Notes under the pieces: model-generated | Told to the model about the DNA's origin: nothing | The model's database searches: none | The model's input: only the letters and a program-made list of their open reading frames with translations | Made by a program: the position numbers and the translations under genes | In this document: piece by piece, positions 9,729-19,555 of the stretch | Layout: each line of letters opens with the position of its first letter | Position numbering within the stretch: the stretch's first letter is position 1 | Assembly: GCA_903874345.1 (NCBI GenBank) | Contig: CAIQRY010000065.1 | Location: 2,679 to 66,678, forward strand | DNA: 64,000 nucleotides | Direction: 5' to 3' | Source of the DNA: an uncultured bacterium | Lineage (GTDB): Bacteria; Patescibacteriota; Patescibacteriia; Patescibacteriales; UBA12465

Positions 9729-10103
9729 CTATTCTACTTCCTGGGCTTTTTCTTTAACTTGAGACGGAATTTGCCAAGGCTTCTTAGTCTTATTCTCTTC
9801 TCCCAGATACGGTGAATTTTCCCGATTTTTCCACATCGAGATTTCGCGATTAATTTTATCAGTTAAATCTTCTTCTGTCAAATTTTCTAAAATACTGGTT
9901 TTTTCTTTTTCTTTAGCCATTTCCGGAGCCACACTGGCGACCGGATGCGGCTGAGTCAAAACCTTGTTTTCGACCAAGCCGGCGTAATTATTTAAATCCA
10001 TAAGCACATAAGATTCGTCCGGCGTATTATGGTCAAACAGAATCACCCGATCACCGGTCGTCTTAATAAGATTAAGGATTTTTTTTAATTGCTCGGGAAA
10101 CAT
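9729..10103 (-). CDS. Hypothetical protein, 124 aa, embedded between fusA and tuf
   Basis: Clean ORF with a 9-bp gap to the upstream gene. No recognisable motif, acidic/lysine-rich C-terminal half. Confidence 0.55.
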   Translation of the reverse strand: MFPEQLKKILNLIKTTGDRVILFDHNTPDESYVLMDLNNYAGLVENKVLTQPHPVASVAPEMAKEKEKTSILENLTEEDLTDKINREISMWKNRENSPYLGEENKTKKPWQIPSQVKEKAQEVE

Positions 10104-10112
10104 ATATAAAAA

Positions 10113-10766
10113 TTAATTTCTTTGATCTAGCTTCTTCTCGCCGAAATAACGGACAACTCCATTAACCACCGGAACCAACTTTTCGATACAGATAATTTTA
10201 TCTTCTAAGCTTAGTTCTCCATAATCATCTCCATTTTTGAGAGGTTCCGGAATAATACTGCACATACCGAGCAAAAGCTTATAAGCCTCTTCATTCATCT
10301 TCATCTCTTCGCCTGGCAAAAGATTAATCGGGTCAAAATAATTTCTGAATTTAATAACGCCGGTCGCGAAATTAAGACCAAGTCGGTTATGGCTGTAATA
10401 AGCCTGTGCTTCCGGAGAAAGTTGCTCTAAATATTTTCCTTCCCAAACTCGGCGCGCGCCATGATCATCAAAATTATCGGTAATAATCGGGCTATCCAGA
10501 AAAGCTTCCATTTTCTCAAGTAAGCTTTGCAAATTAAGCTTTTCTTGAACACTTAAATTCTTATTGAACAAATTCCAATTCAAAGTAGCGGGTAAAGCAT
10601 CTTTAGCAATTTTTCTCTTCGGCTCCCGAAACTTAAATTCAACGCCTTCAAATTCTTTACCTTTAGCAATTATCTCCTTACGGATACGCATCTCAATCTC
10701 TTCCTTGGTCTCGACTTCTTTAGCCACCGTTTCTTGAACTAAGCTAGAAGAAAACTGCTCATTCAT
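10113..10766 (-). CDS. Hypothetical protein, 217 aa, embedded between fusA and tuf
   Basis: Clean ORF starting 7 nt after the fusA stop. No recognisable family signature. Confidence 0.6.
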   Translation of the reverse strand: MNEQFSSSLVQETVAKEVETKEEIEMRIRKEIIAKGKEFEGVEFKFREPKRKIAKDALPATLNWNLFNKNLSVQEKLNLQSLLEKMEAFLDSPIITDNFDDHGARRVWEGKYLEQLSPEAQAYYSHNRLGLNFATGVIKFRNYFDPINLLPGEEMKMNEEAYKLLLGMCSIIPEPLKNGDDYGELSLEDKIICIEKLVPVVNGVVRYFGEKKLDQRN

Positions 10767-10773
10767 ATATAAG

Positions 10774-12852
10774 TTATTTACCCTTCTTCTCTTTAATCGC
10801 TTCTAAAATATTTCTCGGTACTTCGGCATAATGGGAAAATTCCATGACATAATTCGCGCGGCCTTGAGACATGGAGCGGAGCGAGGTCGAATAACCGAAC
10901 ATTTCGGCTAGCGGCACTTTAGAACGCACTACTTTAACATTCGCCCGATCGGTCATTTCTTCAATCTGACCACGTTTGGCATTTAAATCACCAATAATAT
11001 TACCCATGTATTCTTCCGGAGTCGTGACTTCCACTTTCATAATCGGTTCAAGTAAAACCGGACCGGCTTTCTGACAAGCATCTTTAAAAGCAAAGATAGC
11101 CGCGAGTTTAAAAGCAATTTCTGAAGAGTCGACTTCATGATAAGAACCGTAGAAAACCGCGGTCTTAACATCGACCATGGGATAACCGGCTACCACGCCA
11201 GACAACATCCCTTCCTTAACACCTTTTTCAATGGCCGGAATATATTCACGCGGAATGACGCCACCCTTAACTTCATCGGCAAATTCATAACCTTTACCGG
11301 TTTCGAGCGGTTCCACGCGCAAGGAGCAATGACCATACTGACCGCGACCGCCAGACTGCTTAACATATTTATGTTCCGCTTCCGCCACTTTAGTAATGGT
11401 TTCGCGATAGGACACTTGAGGATTACCGACGTTCGCTTCCACGCCAAATTCACGGCGCATACGATCAACGATAATTTCCAAATGCAATTCGCCCATACCG
11501 GAAATCAGAACCTGATTGGTTTCGGTATCGGTTTCGACTCTAAAAGTCGGATCTTCTTCCGCCAAGCGCTGTAAAGCAACGCCCATTTTTTCCTGGTCCG
11601 CTTTGGTCTTCGGTTCAACCGCAATCTTAATAACCGGTTCCGGAAAAGTAATGGATTCTAACAACACTTCCGTACTTTCATCACATAAAGTATTACCGGT
11701 TGTCGTATTTTTCAAACCAATCACGGCCGCGATATCCCCGGCGTAAATTTCTTTAATTTCTTCACGATGGTTCGCGTGCATGCGCACTAAACGACCGACT
11801 CTCTCCTTAGTTCCCTTCGAGGAATTAACGATGTAAGAACCAGCGGTGAGTACGCCCTGATAAACGCGGACGAAACAAAGCTTACCGACAAAAGGATCAG
11901 TCGCAATTTTAAAAGCTAAACCAACAAAAGGTTTTGAGTCGTCCGGTGTTACCTCTACTTTTTTATCTAGATCGCGCACTTCCGTCGCTTCAATGGGCGG
12001 CACATCAAGTGGTGAAGGTAAATATTCAACGACCGCGTCGAGTACTAATTGGACGCCAATATTCTGTAAGGCAGTGCCGCACAAAACCGGATATAAAGAA
12101 TTACTAATCACGCCTTTTCTGATTGCCGCTTTTAATTCGTCGAGGCCAACTTCCTGACCGTTCAAATATTTTTCCATGGACTTTTCATCGCATTCCACGG
12201 CTTTTTCCACTAATTCATTATGAAATTCATCAACCTTCTTTTTCATGTCTTCCGGAATATCAATCTCTTTAATATCCATGCCGTTAAAACCAGAAAAAGT
12301 ATAGGCCTTCTTCTCTAAAACATCGATCACGCCGCTTAAATTGCTTTCCGCGCCGATCGGTAATTGAATCGCGACTGCTTTCGGATTTAAACGTTTGCGA
12401 ATCGAATCCAAGCTCATATAAAAATCCGCCCCCATCTTATCCATCTTATTGACGAAACATAAACGCGGGACATGATATTTATCCGCTTGGCGCCACACGG
12501 TTTCGGATTGCGGTTCCACGCCGGCCTGGCCGTCAAACACCGCGACTGCGCCGTCTAAAACGCGCAGTGAACGTTCGACTTCGACCGTAAAATCAACGTG
12601 CCCCGGAGTATCAATAATATTGATTTTCTTAGTTTTCCAAAAACAAGTTGTGGCGGCGGAAGTAATGGTAATGCCTCTTTCCTTCTCCTGTTCCATCCAG
12701 TCCATTTCGGCCGCGCCTTCGTGCACTTCGCCGATTTTATGTTTCTTACCGGTATAAAACAAAACGCGCTCGGTAAAAGTGGTTTTGCCGGCGTCAATGT
12801 GCGCCATAATACCAATATTTCTAGTGTCGTGTAGAGAATAGTCTCGGGGCAT
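10774..12852 (-). CDS. fusA: Elongation factor G
   Basis: 692 aa, [10 protein letters not shown]-loop, full five-domain EF-G length, str operon position. Confidence 0.98.
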   Translation of the reverse strand: MPRDYSLHDTRNIGIMAHIDAGKTTFTERVLFYTGKKHKIGEVHEGAAEMDWMEQEKERGITITSAATTCFWKTKKINIIDTPGHVDFTVEVERSLRVLDGAVAVFDGQAGVEPQSETVWRQADKYHVPRLCFVNKMDKMGADFYMSLDSIRKRLNPKAVAIQLPIGAESNLSGVIDVLEKKAYTFSGFNGMDIKEIDIPEDMKKKVDEFHNELVEKAVECDEKSMEKYLNGQEVGLDELKAAIRKGVISNSLYPVLCGTALQNIGVQLVLDAVVEYLPSPLDVPPIEATEVRDLDKKVEVTPDDSKPFVGLAFKIATDPFVGKLCFVRVYQGVLTAGSYIVNSSKGTKERVGRLVRMHANHREEIKEIYAGDIAAVIGLKNTTTGNTLCDESTEVLLESITFPEPVIKIAVEPKTKADQEKMGVALQRLAEEDPTFRVETDTETNQVLISGMGELHLEIIVDRMRREFGVEANVGNPQVSYRETITKVAEAEHKYVKQSGGRGQYGHCSLRVEPLETGKGYEFADEVKGGVIPREYIPAIEKGVKEGMLSGVVAGYPMVDVKTAVFYGSYHEVDSSEIAFKLAAIFAFKDACQKAGPVLLEPIMKVEVTTPEEYMGNIIGDLNAKRGQIEEMTDRANVKVVRSKVPLAEMFGYSTSLRSMSQGRANYVMEFSHYAEVPRNILEAIKEKKGK

Positions 12853-12890
12853 AATTATTGTTGAAAATTAAATTTATTGTTTATTTCGTC

Positions 12891-13358
12891 TTAACGAGAA
12901 AAATGCGCAAAAGCCTTATTCGCTTCCGCCATCTTGTGAACCGCTTCTCTCTTTTTCGCGGCCGTCCCTTCGCCATTTGAGGCATCTAAAATCTCGGCGG
13001 CTAATTTCTCGGCCATACTGCGACCACGACGGTCGTTAGCGGCATCAATAATCCAATTACAAGCTAAAAAATAACGGCGTTCACCTCGGACCTGAAAAGG
13101 AACCTGATAGTTGGCGCCGCCGACGCGTTTGCCTCTCACCTCCACTAAAGGAGAAACTTTTTTAATCGCTTTATTAAAAATATGGCGCGGATCCTGTTTT
13201 GTCTTTTCTTTTAGGATTTCAAAAGCGCCATAAACAATTTTTTCCGCGGCACTCTTTTTCCCGCGTTCCATGACGTAATTAATAAATTTAGCGATATTAA
13301 TATCGGTATATTTAGCATCGCCTTCAATAGTTCTTTTAGGGGCTGGTTTACCTCTCAT
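12891..13358 (-). CDS. rpsG: 30S ribosomal protein S7
   Basis: 155 aa, S7 family. Confidence 0.95.
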   Translation of the reverse strand: MRGKPAPKRTIEGDAKYTDINIAKFINYVMERGKKSAAEKIVYGAFEILKEKTKQDPRHIFNKAIKKVSPLVEVRGKRVGGANYQVPFQVRGERRYFLACNWIIDAANDRRGRSMAEKLAAEILDASNGEGTAAKKREAVHKMAEANKAFAHFSR

Positions 13359-13370
13359 ATGTTTAAATTA

Positions 13371-13790
13371 TTATTTCTTTGGTTTCTTAGCACCGTAGCA
13401 ACTGCGGCCCTGACGTCTCGCGTCAACACCGGAAGCGTCAAAAACGCCACGGACAACTTTATAACGAACACCCGGCAAATCCTTGGTCTTCCCGCCTTTA
13501 ACTAAAACGATGGAGTGTTCCTGTAAGTTGTGGCCCATGCCCGGAATATAAGCAGTCACTTCCATGCCATTAGATAAGCGGACGCGCGCAATCTTACGTA
13601 AAGCGGAGTTCGGCTTTTTCGGCGTCGTTGTGGTTACCTTTAAGCAGACCCCTTGTTTAAAAGGCGCCCCTTTGGCAGTTTCTTTTTTCCGGCGATGCAG
13701 AGAATCCAGGCTCATATGTAAAGCCAAAGAATTACGTCTCTTGCCGATTGATTTGCGGCCCTGGCGGACCAGTTGATTAACGGTAGGCAT
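13371..13790 (-). CDS. rpsL: 30S ribosomal protein S12 with a roughly 15 aa internal insertion near the N-terminus
   Basis: [13 protein letters not shown]...[13 protein letters not shown]...; 139 aa against the usual about 124, with extra sequence between the N-terminal segment and the GVC...[10 protein letters not shown] block. Confidence 0.93.
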   Translation of the reverse strand: MPTVNQLVRQGRKSIGKRRNSLALHMSLDSLHRRKKETAKGAPFKQGVCLKVTTTTPKKPNSALRKIARVRLSNGMEVTAYIPGMGHNLQEHSIVLVKGGKTKDLPGVRYKVVRGVFDASGVDARRQGRSCYGAKKPKK

Positions 13791-13808
13791 AATTTAAATA
13801 TTAAAATA

Positions 13809-13826
13809 ATCCTGAAGTCTCAGGAT
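13809..13826 (-). terminator. Perfect hairpin (ATCCTGA-AGTC-TCAGGAT) between the M50 protease gene and rpsL; possible terminator or promoter-proximal element
   Basis: 7 bp perfect inverted repeat with T-rich flanks on both strands. Confidence 0.35.
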
Positions 13827-13906
13827 GTGCTATTTTTACACTAATTTAATTTAACAAAATAGAAAACATAAGTCAAGGTCATCCGTCTCATCATTTTTAG
13901 CCAAAA

Positions 13907-14527
13907 TTAGGAAGCGCCGGCAATAAGCCTAAACAAGAAATTAACAACGGGGATAAAAAAGCTACCGAAAAGCATAACGAGCAAAATCACTAAGATAAAG
14001 CCGGTTCGATCAAGCCTTAAAAAACGCTCTTTGGCTTGAGGCGATAAAAAACAGGCTAAAATCTTAGATCCGTCAAGAGGAGGAATAGGCACTAAGTTGA
14101 AAACCATTAAGACTAGGTTAATATAAACGATAATTGCCAATAAACCGTTAAAGGCTAGGCTATACATGGGCATAAAACGCAAAATAAGCCCGAAAAACAA
14201 GGCAATTATCAAATTGGCCAGGGGTCCAGCTAAGGCGACCTTAGCGTCACCGAATTTACGGTCACGTAGATTATACGGGTTATAAGGCACCGGTTTAGCC
14301 CAACCAAAGACAAAACCGAAATTGGCAATAATCATAATTAGGGGTAAGAAAAAAGACCCGAACCATTCCAGATGCGCCAAAGGGTTTAAGGTCAATCGAC
14401 CAGCGTCTTTTGCCGTACTGTCTCCGAGACGATAGGCCATCCAGCCATGCATATATTCATGGACGATCGCGGAAAATATTAAGACGATTACTTCAAAAAC
14501 ATAAATCATATGCCTATATCTTAGCAT
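13907..14527 (-). CDS. Site-2 protease family (M50) membrane zinc metalloprotease
   Basis: HEYMH zinc motif in TM1, NLVPIPPLDGSK (LDG motif), multi-pass hydrophobic profile, 206 aa. Confidence 0.8.
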   Translation of the reverse strand: MLRYRHMIYVFEVIVLIFSAIVHEYMHGWMAYRLGDSTAKDAGRLTLNPLAHLEWFGSFFLPLIMIIANFGFVFGWAKPVPYNPYNLRDRKFGDAKVALAGPLANLIIALFFGLILRFMPMYSLAFNGLLAIIVYINLVLMVFNLVPIPPLDGSKILACFLSPQAKERFLRLDRTGFILVILLVMLFGSFFIPVVNFLFRLIAGAS

Positions 14528-14600
14528 AACTTGATTATTTTTTAAAATCTTGTTAAGATAGGGGTGATTTTTAAATAACTATTTGTTAGATATCAAACTT

Positions 14601-14864
14601 ATGGCCAAGAAATGTGATTTATGCGGACGCAGTTCGACAAGAGGCGCTAGTCGTTCTCACTCGAAGATCCGAACCCTTAAAAGACAGAACATTAATTTAC
14701 AAAGCTTAACCATAGACGGTATTAAGGTAAAAGCTTGCACTGCCTGCATGCGTACCATGAATAAACCGAAACGGGTTAAGGCAAAAAGAAAGCCGGCGTT
14801 ACCGAAGGGGACGAAGGCCGTCAAAGCGCCGAAAAAAGCGCGCGCCAAAAAAGCCAAAAAATAA
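14601..14864 (+). CDS. rpmB: 50S ribosomal protein L28 with a Lys/Ala-rich C-terminal tail
   Basis: MAKKCDLCGRSSTRGASRSHSKIRTLKRQNINLQ... matches the bL28 pattern (C-x2-C-G...SHS..T.R...NLQ). Start taken at the internal Met of the 93 aa ORF. Confidence 0.8.
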   Translation: MAKKCDLCGRSSTRGASRSHSKIRTLKRQNINLQSLTIDGIKVKACTACMRTMNKPKRVKAKRKPALPKGTKAVKAPKKARAKKAKK

Positions 14865-14878
14865 TTTTTAAATTATAT

Positions 14879-14910
14879 AAAAAACCGCCCTGTTTAAGGA
14901 GCGGTTTTTG
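14879..14910. terminator. Bidirectional rho-independent terminator between rpmB (+) and hutH (-)
   Basis: AAAACCGC...GCGGTTTT stem with T-run on plus and A-run (U-run on minus) flanks. Confidence 0.6.
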
Positions 14911-14954
14911 TAATGAACAAATTTTTCAAATAATGTACTTAATGCACTGGCTGT

Positions 14955-16652
14955 TTAGGCGATGGCGGACAAAAGTTCGTCGCCGTCCATGAGGGAAACT
15001 ACCTTGTTCCAGTCGACACAAAGGATGCGGTCATCATCCATCGGCGGTAAAACCGAACGGATAATTTTATAAGCGGCATCGGTTTTGGCGCCGAGTTGAC
15101 CGTGACCTTCTTTTGCCAGATCGGCTTCGGTTAATGATATTCCCTGGGCAGCGGCCATAATCTCGGCGGCAATCACTCGGTAGGAATTCTTGAGCACCTT
15201 AGTCAGATGACGAGCGGAAATTGTGCTCATACTGACATAGTCTTCCTGGTTCGCGGAAGTCGGGATTGAATCAACCACGGAGGGGTGACACAAAACCTTG
15301 TTCTCGCTGACCAACGCGGCGGTCGAATACTGTAAGATCATGAGACCGGTGTTCAAAAGAACATGCGTCTGTCCAGCCAAGTCGCTGGGCAAGCCATAGC
15401 TAGTTGAAGACATAGTCAGAGCATAGAAACGGCGATCGGAAATATTGGCCAGCTGCTGTAAGGCAATCTTGAGGAAGTCGGCGGCCTGTCCTAAAGGTTC
15501 CCCGTGGAAATTGCCACCGGAAAGAGCTTCAAAACTACCATCCGCTTTTTCAAAAACCAGCGGGTTGTCAGTCGCCGCATTAATCTCATCCAGGAAGATT
15601 TTTTCTGCATACCAGAACGCCTGGTAAACTGAACCGGCCACTGGCGGATAAGCACGGAAAGAATAAGCATCCTGCACTCTCGGTGTCGGCTGATCATTCT
15701 CCATGTACCTCTTGGATCCTTTTTCGGCTGGTAAACATACTTCCCTGGCCTCTTTGGTCATTCTCTGAGAGCCAGCCACCAGCTTGAGCATCCGCTCAGC
15801 CACCCATTTCGCACCATGGTTATTTCTGATTCCAATTAAACGGGGATCAAAAGCCGCGGTCTCGCCCCGGATAGCTTCCAGAGAAAGAGCAGCGGCCAGG
15901 TCAGAAAAGCTGAGTAACCTCTTGGCGTCATGAATAGCCAGGAGTCCCAGGGCCAGAGTAAAGGTAGCGCCATTGGTTAAACCCATGGCTTCCTTGGCTC
16001 CCAGAACCAGTGGTTTCACATTCATAATCTCCAGAGCTTCAACAACCGGCATCGGTACTCTCTGATTGGGAGTAATCGCGTTTTTTGGCAGAAGGACATT
16101 TTGTCCTTTCAGGCCGACCAAAGCAGCCGCGACGTGCGCCAGAGGCGCTAAATCGCCGCTTGACCCAACCGAGCCCTGTTCCGGGACGCAAGGGATAATT
16201 CCCTGGTTGTAAAATTCCAGGATCTTTTCACAGGTTTCAAGCCGCATGGCCGAATAACCCGTGGCAAAGGAGTTGACTCTGAGAATCATCGCTGCCCGCA
16301 CTACCTCTTCCGGAAAATATTCTCCGGTCTGGACGCAGTGCGCCGGAATGTAATGCTTCTGATAAGCGATGATTTCTGCTTCGGGGATGATTGTCCCCTT
16401 TTTTATTCCGCATCCGGTGTTGACGCCGTAGATAATGTCACCCGCCTTGATACGGGCTTCGAGGCCGGACCTCTTTTTCTGAATCCGCGCCGTCGCGTTA
16501 TCGGCGTGATTGTTTTCGTTCACATTATCCTTGCCGTTTGATAAAACAACAACCGGATAATGATGGTCTCCGTGGCAATCGTGATAACCACGTGCAATCA
16601 TGACAACCTCCTTGAGGGTCAAGTCATGACCAGTTAAAACTACTTTTTTCAT
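14955..16652 (-). CDS. hutH: Aromatic amino-acid ammonia-lyase family protein, most likely histidine ammonia-lyase, with Ser-Ser-Gly at the MIO position
   Basis: 565 aa; YGVNTGCG then GSVGSSGDLAPLAHVA (HAL/PAL signature GxxGASGDLxPLxH with A to S) and NPLV region. Urocanase is encoded 3 kb away. Confidence 0.85.
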   Translation of the reverse strand: MKKVVLTGHDLTLKEVVMIARGYHDCHGDHHYPVVVLSNGKDNVNENNHADNATARIQKKRSGLEARIKAGDIIYGVNTGCGIKKGTIIPEAEIIAYQKHYIPAHCVQTGEYFPEEVVRAAMILRVNSFATGYSAMRLETCEKILEFYNQGIIPCVPEQGSVGSSGDLAPLAHVAAALVGLKGQNVLLPKNAITPNQRVPMPVVEALEIMNVKPLVLGAKEAMGLTNGATFTLALGLLAIHDAKRLLSFSDLAAALSLEAIRGETAAFDPRLIGIRNNHGAKWVAERMLKLVAGSQRMTKEAREVCLPAEKGSKRYMENDQPTPRVQDAYSFRAYPPVAGSVYQAFWYAEKIFLDEINAATDNPLVFEKADGSFEALSGGNFHGEPLGQAADFLKIALQQLANISDRRFYALTMSSTSYGLPSDLAGQTHVLLNTGLMILQYSTAALVSENKVLCHPSVVDSIPTSANQEDYVSMSTISARHLTKVLKNSYRVIAAEIMAAAQGISLTEADLAKEGHGQLGAKTDAAYKIIRSVLPPMDDDRILCVDWNKVVSLMDGDELLSAIA

Positions 16653-16654
16653 TG

Positions 16655-18079
16655 TTATGGGATTTTGGTGATGGTTTGAAAATAACTAATTAATTTGGTA
16701 ATTGGGATTTCTTCTTGACGTCGCGTGAACAGATTTTTTATCTTAACGGTTTGTTGATTAAGTTCATCGCGACCGATAATAATAACATAGTTAACACCTT
16801 GGCTAACCGCAAAATTAAACTGGGCTTTGAAAGTCGTATCTTCTAACAAAGAAACTTCTACTTTTAGCCCTGTTTTTCTCAAGCGGTTGGCCAGACGCAA
16901 ATAATAAGCGTCTTGGTCTGTAGTTAAACGGAGAATCAGTATTTCAGACACAGATTTTTTTTCAATCTTGAGCGTGCCTAATTGCTGTAAAGCAGAAAAC
17001 AAACGATCGACGCCAATCGAGGCGCCGACAGCGGGTAATTCCCGACCCGTAAAGCGAGCCACTAAATCGTTATAGCGACCGCCCGAAAAAACGCTCCCAA
17101 ATTCCGGAGCATCGAAGAGAAAGGTTTCAAAGACCGGACCGGTATAATAATCCAGACCGCGGGCAACGGAGAAATCAATTTCGACCGCGGCGGTCGGAAT
17201 AGCCAGGGGCTCGAGATACTTCATTATCTCGACGAGCTCGGCTAAACCTTCTTCCGCAATGGAAATATGTTGGAAGAGTTTTTGAGCTTGAGAAATCTTA
17301 GTTAAATTATCTCCGCTAATTTCCAGGTATTCCTGAAGTCGAATTAAATTCGCTTCCGTCAAACCAGGACTGGGATCAAATTCGGTCACGGGTTCTTGCC
17401 GCAGTTCATCAAAGACGGCAGCAATTCCAATCTTTGGGATTTTGTCCAAAATTCTCATCACTTCTTTGGTAACATCAGCCGCTGTAATTTTCTGGCGGTC
17501 AGTAATACCAAGTAAATCCGCCAAGCCGTTTAAAATTTTACGGTTGTTGATCTTGATGATGAAACGTTCCAGGCCTAAGGCCCGAAGCGTTTCGTACATA
17601 ATGGCAATAATCTCCGCATCCGCGAGCATTAAGGCGCAACCGGCGATATCAACATCAAATTGATAAAACTGACGGTAACGTCCTTTTTGCGGCGAATCGC
17701 TGCGAAATACCGGACCCACGACCATCCGTCGCCAGGGCAATTTAATGCCAGGGTTAGCCGACAAAAAACGGGCCAAGGGAACAGTGTGATCGAAACGCAA
17801 GGCTAAACTATCCTCATTGTTCGAACCGCGGCTGCGGACTTGGAAAATATTTTTCGAAGTCTCGTCAGCCCCAGTCAAAACTTTGGCAAATTCCACCATT
17901 GGGGTCTCTATCGGATTATAGCCAAAGGAACGGAAAACTTGATTGATGATATTTAGCATCCTCTCCCTGGCTAAAAACTCCCCGGGATTAAAATCCAGGA
18001 AACCACCAGGTCTTTCGGGTTTAATTGTTATTTTCATGATTTTCAGGGGTTTATAAGGGTTAATTGTTAACGTACGCAA
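16655..18079 (-). CDS. hisS: Histidyl-tRNA synthetase (class II, full length with anticodon-binding domain)
   Basis: Motif 2 FRSDSPQKGRYRQFYQFDVDIAG and motif 3 SGGRYNDLV...PAVGASIGVDRL. 474 aa; start may be the internal MKIT. Stop lies 2 nt before the hutH start. Confidence 0.88.
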   Translation of the reverse strand: MRTLTINPYKPLKIMKITIKPERPGGFLDFNPGEFLARERMLNIINQVFRSFGYNPIETPMVEFAKVLTGADETSKNIFQVRSRGSNNEDSLALRFDHTVPLARFLSANPGIKLPWRRMVVGPVFRSDSPQKGRYRQFYQFDVDIAGCALMLADAEIIAIMYETLRALGLERFIIKINNRKILNGLADLLGITDRQKITAADVTKEVMRILDKIPKIGIAAVFDELRQEPVTEFDPSPGLTEANLIRLQEYLEISGDNLTKISQAQKLFQHISIAEEGLAELVEIMKYLEPLAIPTAAVEIDFSVARGLDYYTGPVFETFLFDAPEFGSVFSGGRYNDLVARFTGRELPAVGASIGVDRLFSALQQLGTLKIEKKSVSEILILRLTTDQDAYYLRLANRLRKTGLKVEVSLLEDTTFKAQFNFAVSQGVNYVIIIGRDELNQQTVKIKNLFTRRQEEIPITKLISYFQTITKIP

Positions 18080-18231
18080 TAAGACATCTTAGCCGGAAAC
18101 GGCTAAATTGTCAAAATGCTAAAGTGCGTAACTTTTCAACGCTTTACTTGCCTAAAGAGTGCTCTTATGCTAATGTGAGGACGTTTCAAAAACTTGATTT
18201 GTTCATTTCACAATTACTAAATAAATGCCCC

Positions 18232-19059
18232 ATGAAAAGAAAAAGAAAAATAACAATATTTTCTGATCAAGACGGCGTCCTGATCGACAAAGCCTTTCAT
18301 TGTAATTACTCCTTCTGTGAACTTGGCCGATTGCTTATTAAAAATAAAGCCATCCTGGTCCCCAGTTCGGATACACCCGCCGAAAGACTCCGGTTTAATT
18401 TTCAATTATTTACCGGCGTAAAAATCAATACGGTTATTGCCGAACGCGGCGGGGTTATTCTCCATAAGCAGCAAGAAGTTTTTCGCTTGCAACTACCGTC
18501 ATCGGAAATCGTAAAATATCTACAGGCTCTACGCCACTTAGCGAAAAGCTTTAAAGCAACAATTTACACTGGCGACTCGGTTACTTGGATAAGAACCAAC
18601 AAAATCTTCAAGTCTAATGCGAGCGTGATTATCTTTGACGCTTTCCGTAAAACTTCCATTGGCTATTATGCCCGGCGAACAAACCAAAGTGGTTTAGCCA
18701 TGATTGATGATATTTTCTATGATGAGTTTACGACTGAAGCTAAAAAAATTCCGCGACCAAGTTTCTTCGAAGTAAGTGACTACAATCAAACTTACGGCAT
18801 CGCCCTTATTAGTTCGGCGCAAGCAACTAAAACCGCGGGCTTCTTAAACTACCTGCGACTCTTCGGGCTGGAAGATCAGGCGGATGATAAATATTACATG
18901 ATCGGCGATTATAAAACCGATATTATCGAAGATCCTCGTATGACTTTGCTCGCCGTCGGTAACGCCGATGATGAGTTAAAGGAAAAGGCGACTTTTATTT
19001 CTAATTTCCCCCAAGCGCGCGGGATGATGGATTGCATCAATTACGCGTTATCGTTATGA
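18232..19059 (+). CDS. HAD-superfamily hydrolase (Cof-like IIB phosphatase)
   Basis: Motif I ITIFSDQDGVLID (DxDGxL), GDYKTDI and AVGNADDELK motifs. Start at internal Met 18232; the upstream part of the ORF overlaps the hisS start and is not coding. Confidence 0.75.
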   Translation: MKRKRKITIFSDQDGVLIDKAFHCNYSFCELGRLLIKNKAILVPSSDTPAERLRFNFQLFTGVKINTVIAERGGVILHKQQEVFRLQLPSSEIVKYLQALRHLAKSFKATIYTGDSVTWIRTNKIFKSNASVIIFDAFRKTSIGYYARRTNQSGLAMIDDIFYDEFTTEAKKIPRPSFFEVSDYNQTYGIALISSAQATKTAGFLNYLRLFGLEDQADDKYYMIGDYKTDIIEDPRMTLLAVGNADDELKEKATFISNFPQARGMMDCINYALSL

Positions 19060-19102
19060 AATAATATTGTTAATTATTCTAGTTTAAAAGGAGAACTAAA
19101 AA

Positions 19103-19480
19103 ATGATTAAAAAATTAGCTTACCTAGAAATTGTGGTTATTGATTTTGAGCGGGCCGTAGAATGGTACACTAAAATTTTAGGCCTTGAGCTTGACGGTGA
19201 AATTGCCAAAGAACAAAGCGGACTCTGGTGTCAGCTTAAAACCCAAACTGGAGATAAGCGGCTCGCCCTCTGGCAGCCGGTTTGGATACCGAGCCAGGAA
19301 AAAAATCTTTATTCTTTTATCCCCATCTTTGAGGTTTCCGAACTTGACGAGATAGTAGCTGACTTAAAACAAAAAGGAGTTAAATTTCTGGAAGAAATTC
19401 GGCAAATGGTTAATTATCGTATTACGACCATCGCCGATCTGGAAGGAAATAGACTACAACTATTTGAACCAAACTCGTAG
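19103..19480 (+). CDS. VOC/glyoxalase-bleomycin resistance family protein
   Basis: 125 aa with glyoxalase-like beta-alpha-beta-beta-beta pattern (LAYLEIVVIDFERAVEWYTKILG...). Confidence 0.65.
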   Translation: MIKKLAYLEIVVIDFERAVEWYTKILGLELDGEIAKEQSGLWCQLKTQTGDKRLALWQPVWIPSQEKNLYSFIPIFEVSELDEIVADLKQKGVKFLEEIRQMVNYRITTIADLEGNRLQLFEPNS

Positions 19481-19508
19481 TTTCAAAACAAATAACCAAG
19501 AAATAAAA

Positions 19509-19536
19509 AACCCCATTTTTCAAAATGGGGTTTTAT
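19509..19536. terminator. Bidirectional rho-independent terminator (CCCCATTTT-TC-AAAATGGGG + TTTTAT) between the VOC gene and hutU
   Basis: 9 bp perfect stem, A-run upstream and T-run downstream, between convergent genes. Confidence 0.8.
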
Positions 19537-19555
19537 AAAACTTAAAAATGTTCTT

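Noticed and set aside
11137-11746. Several 76-145 aa ORFs on both strands inside fusA
   Set aside because: They overlap fusA entirely, and EF-G homology is continuous across the region; antisense or alternate-frame artefacts.
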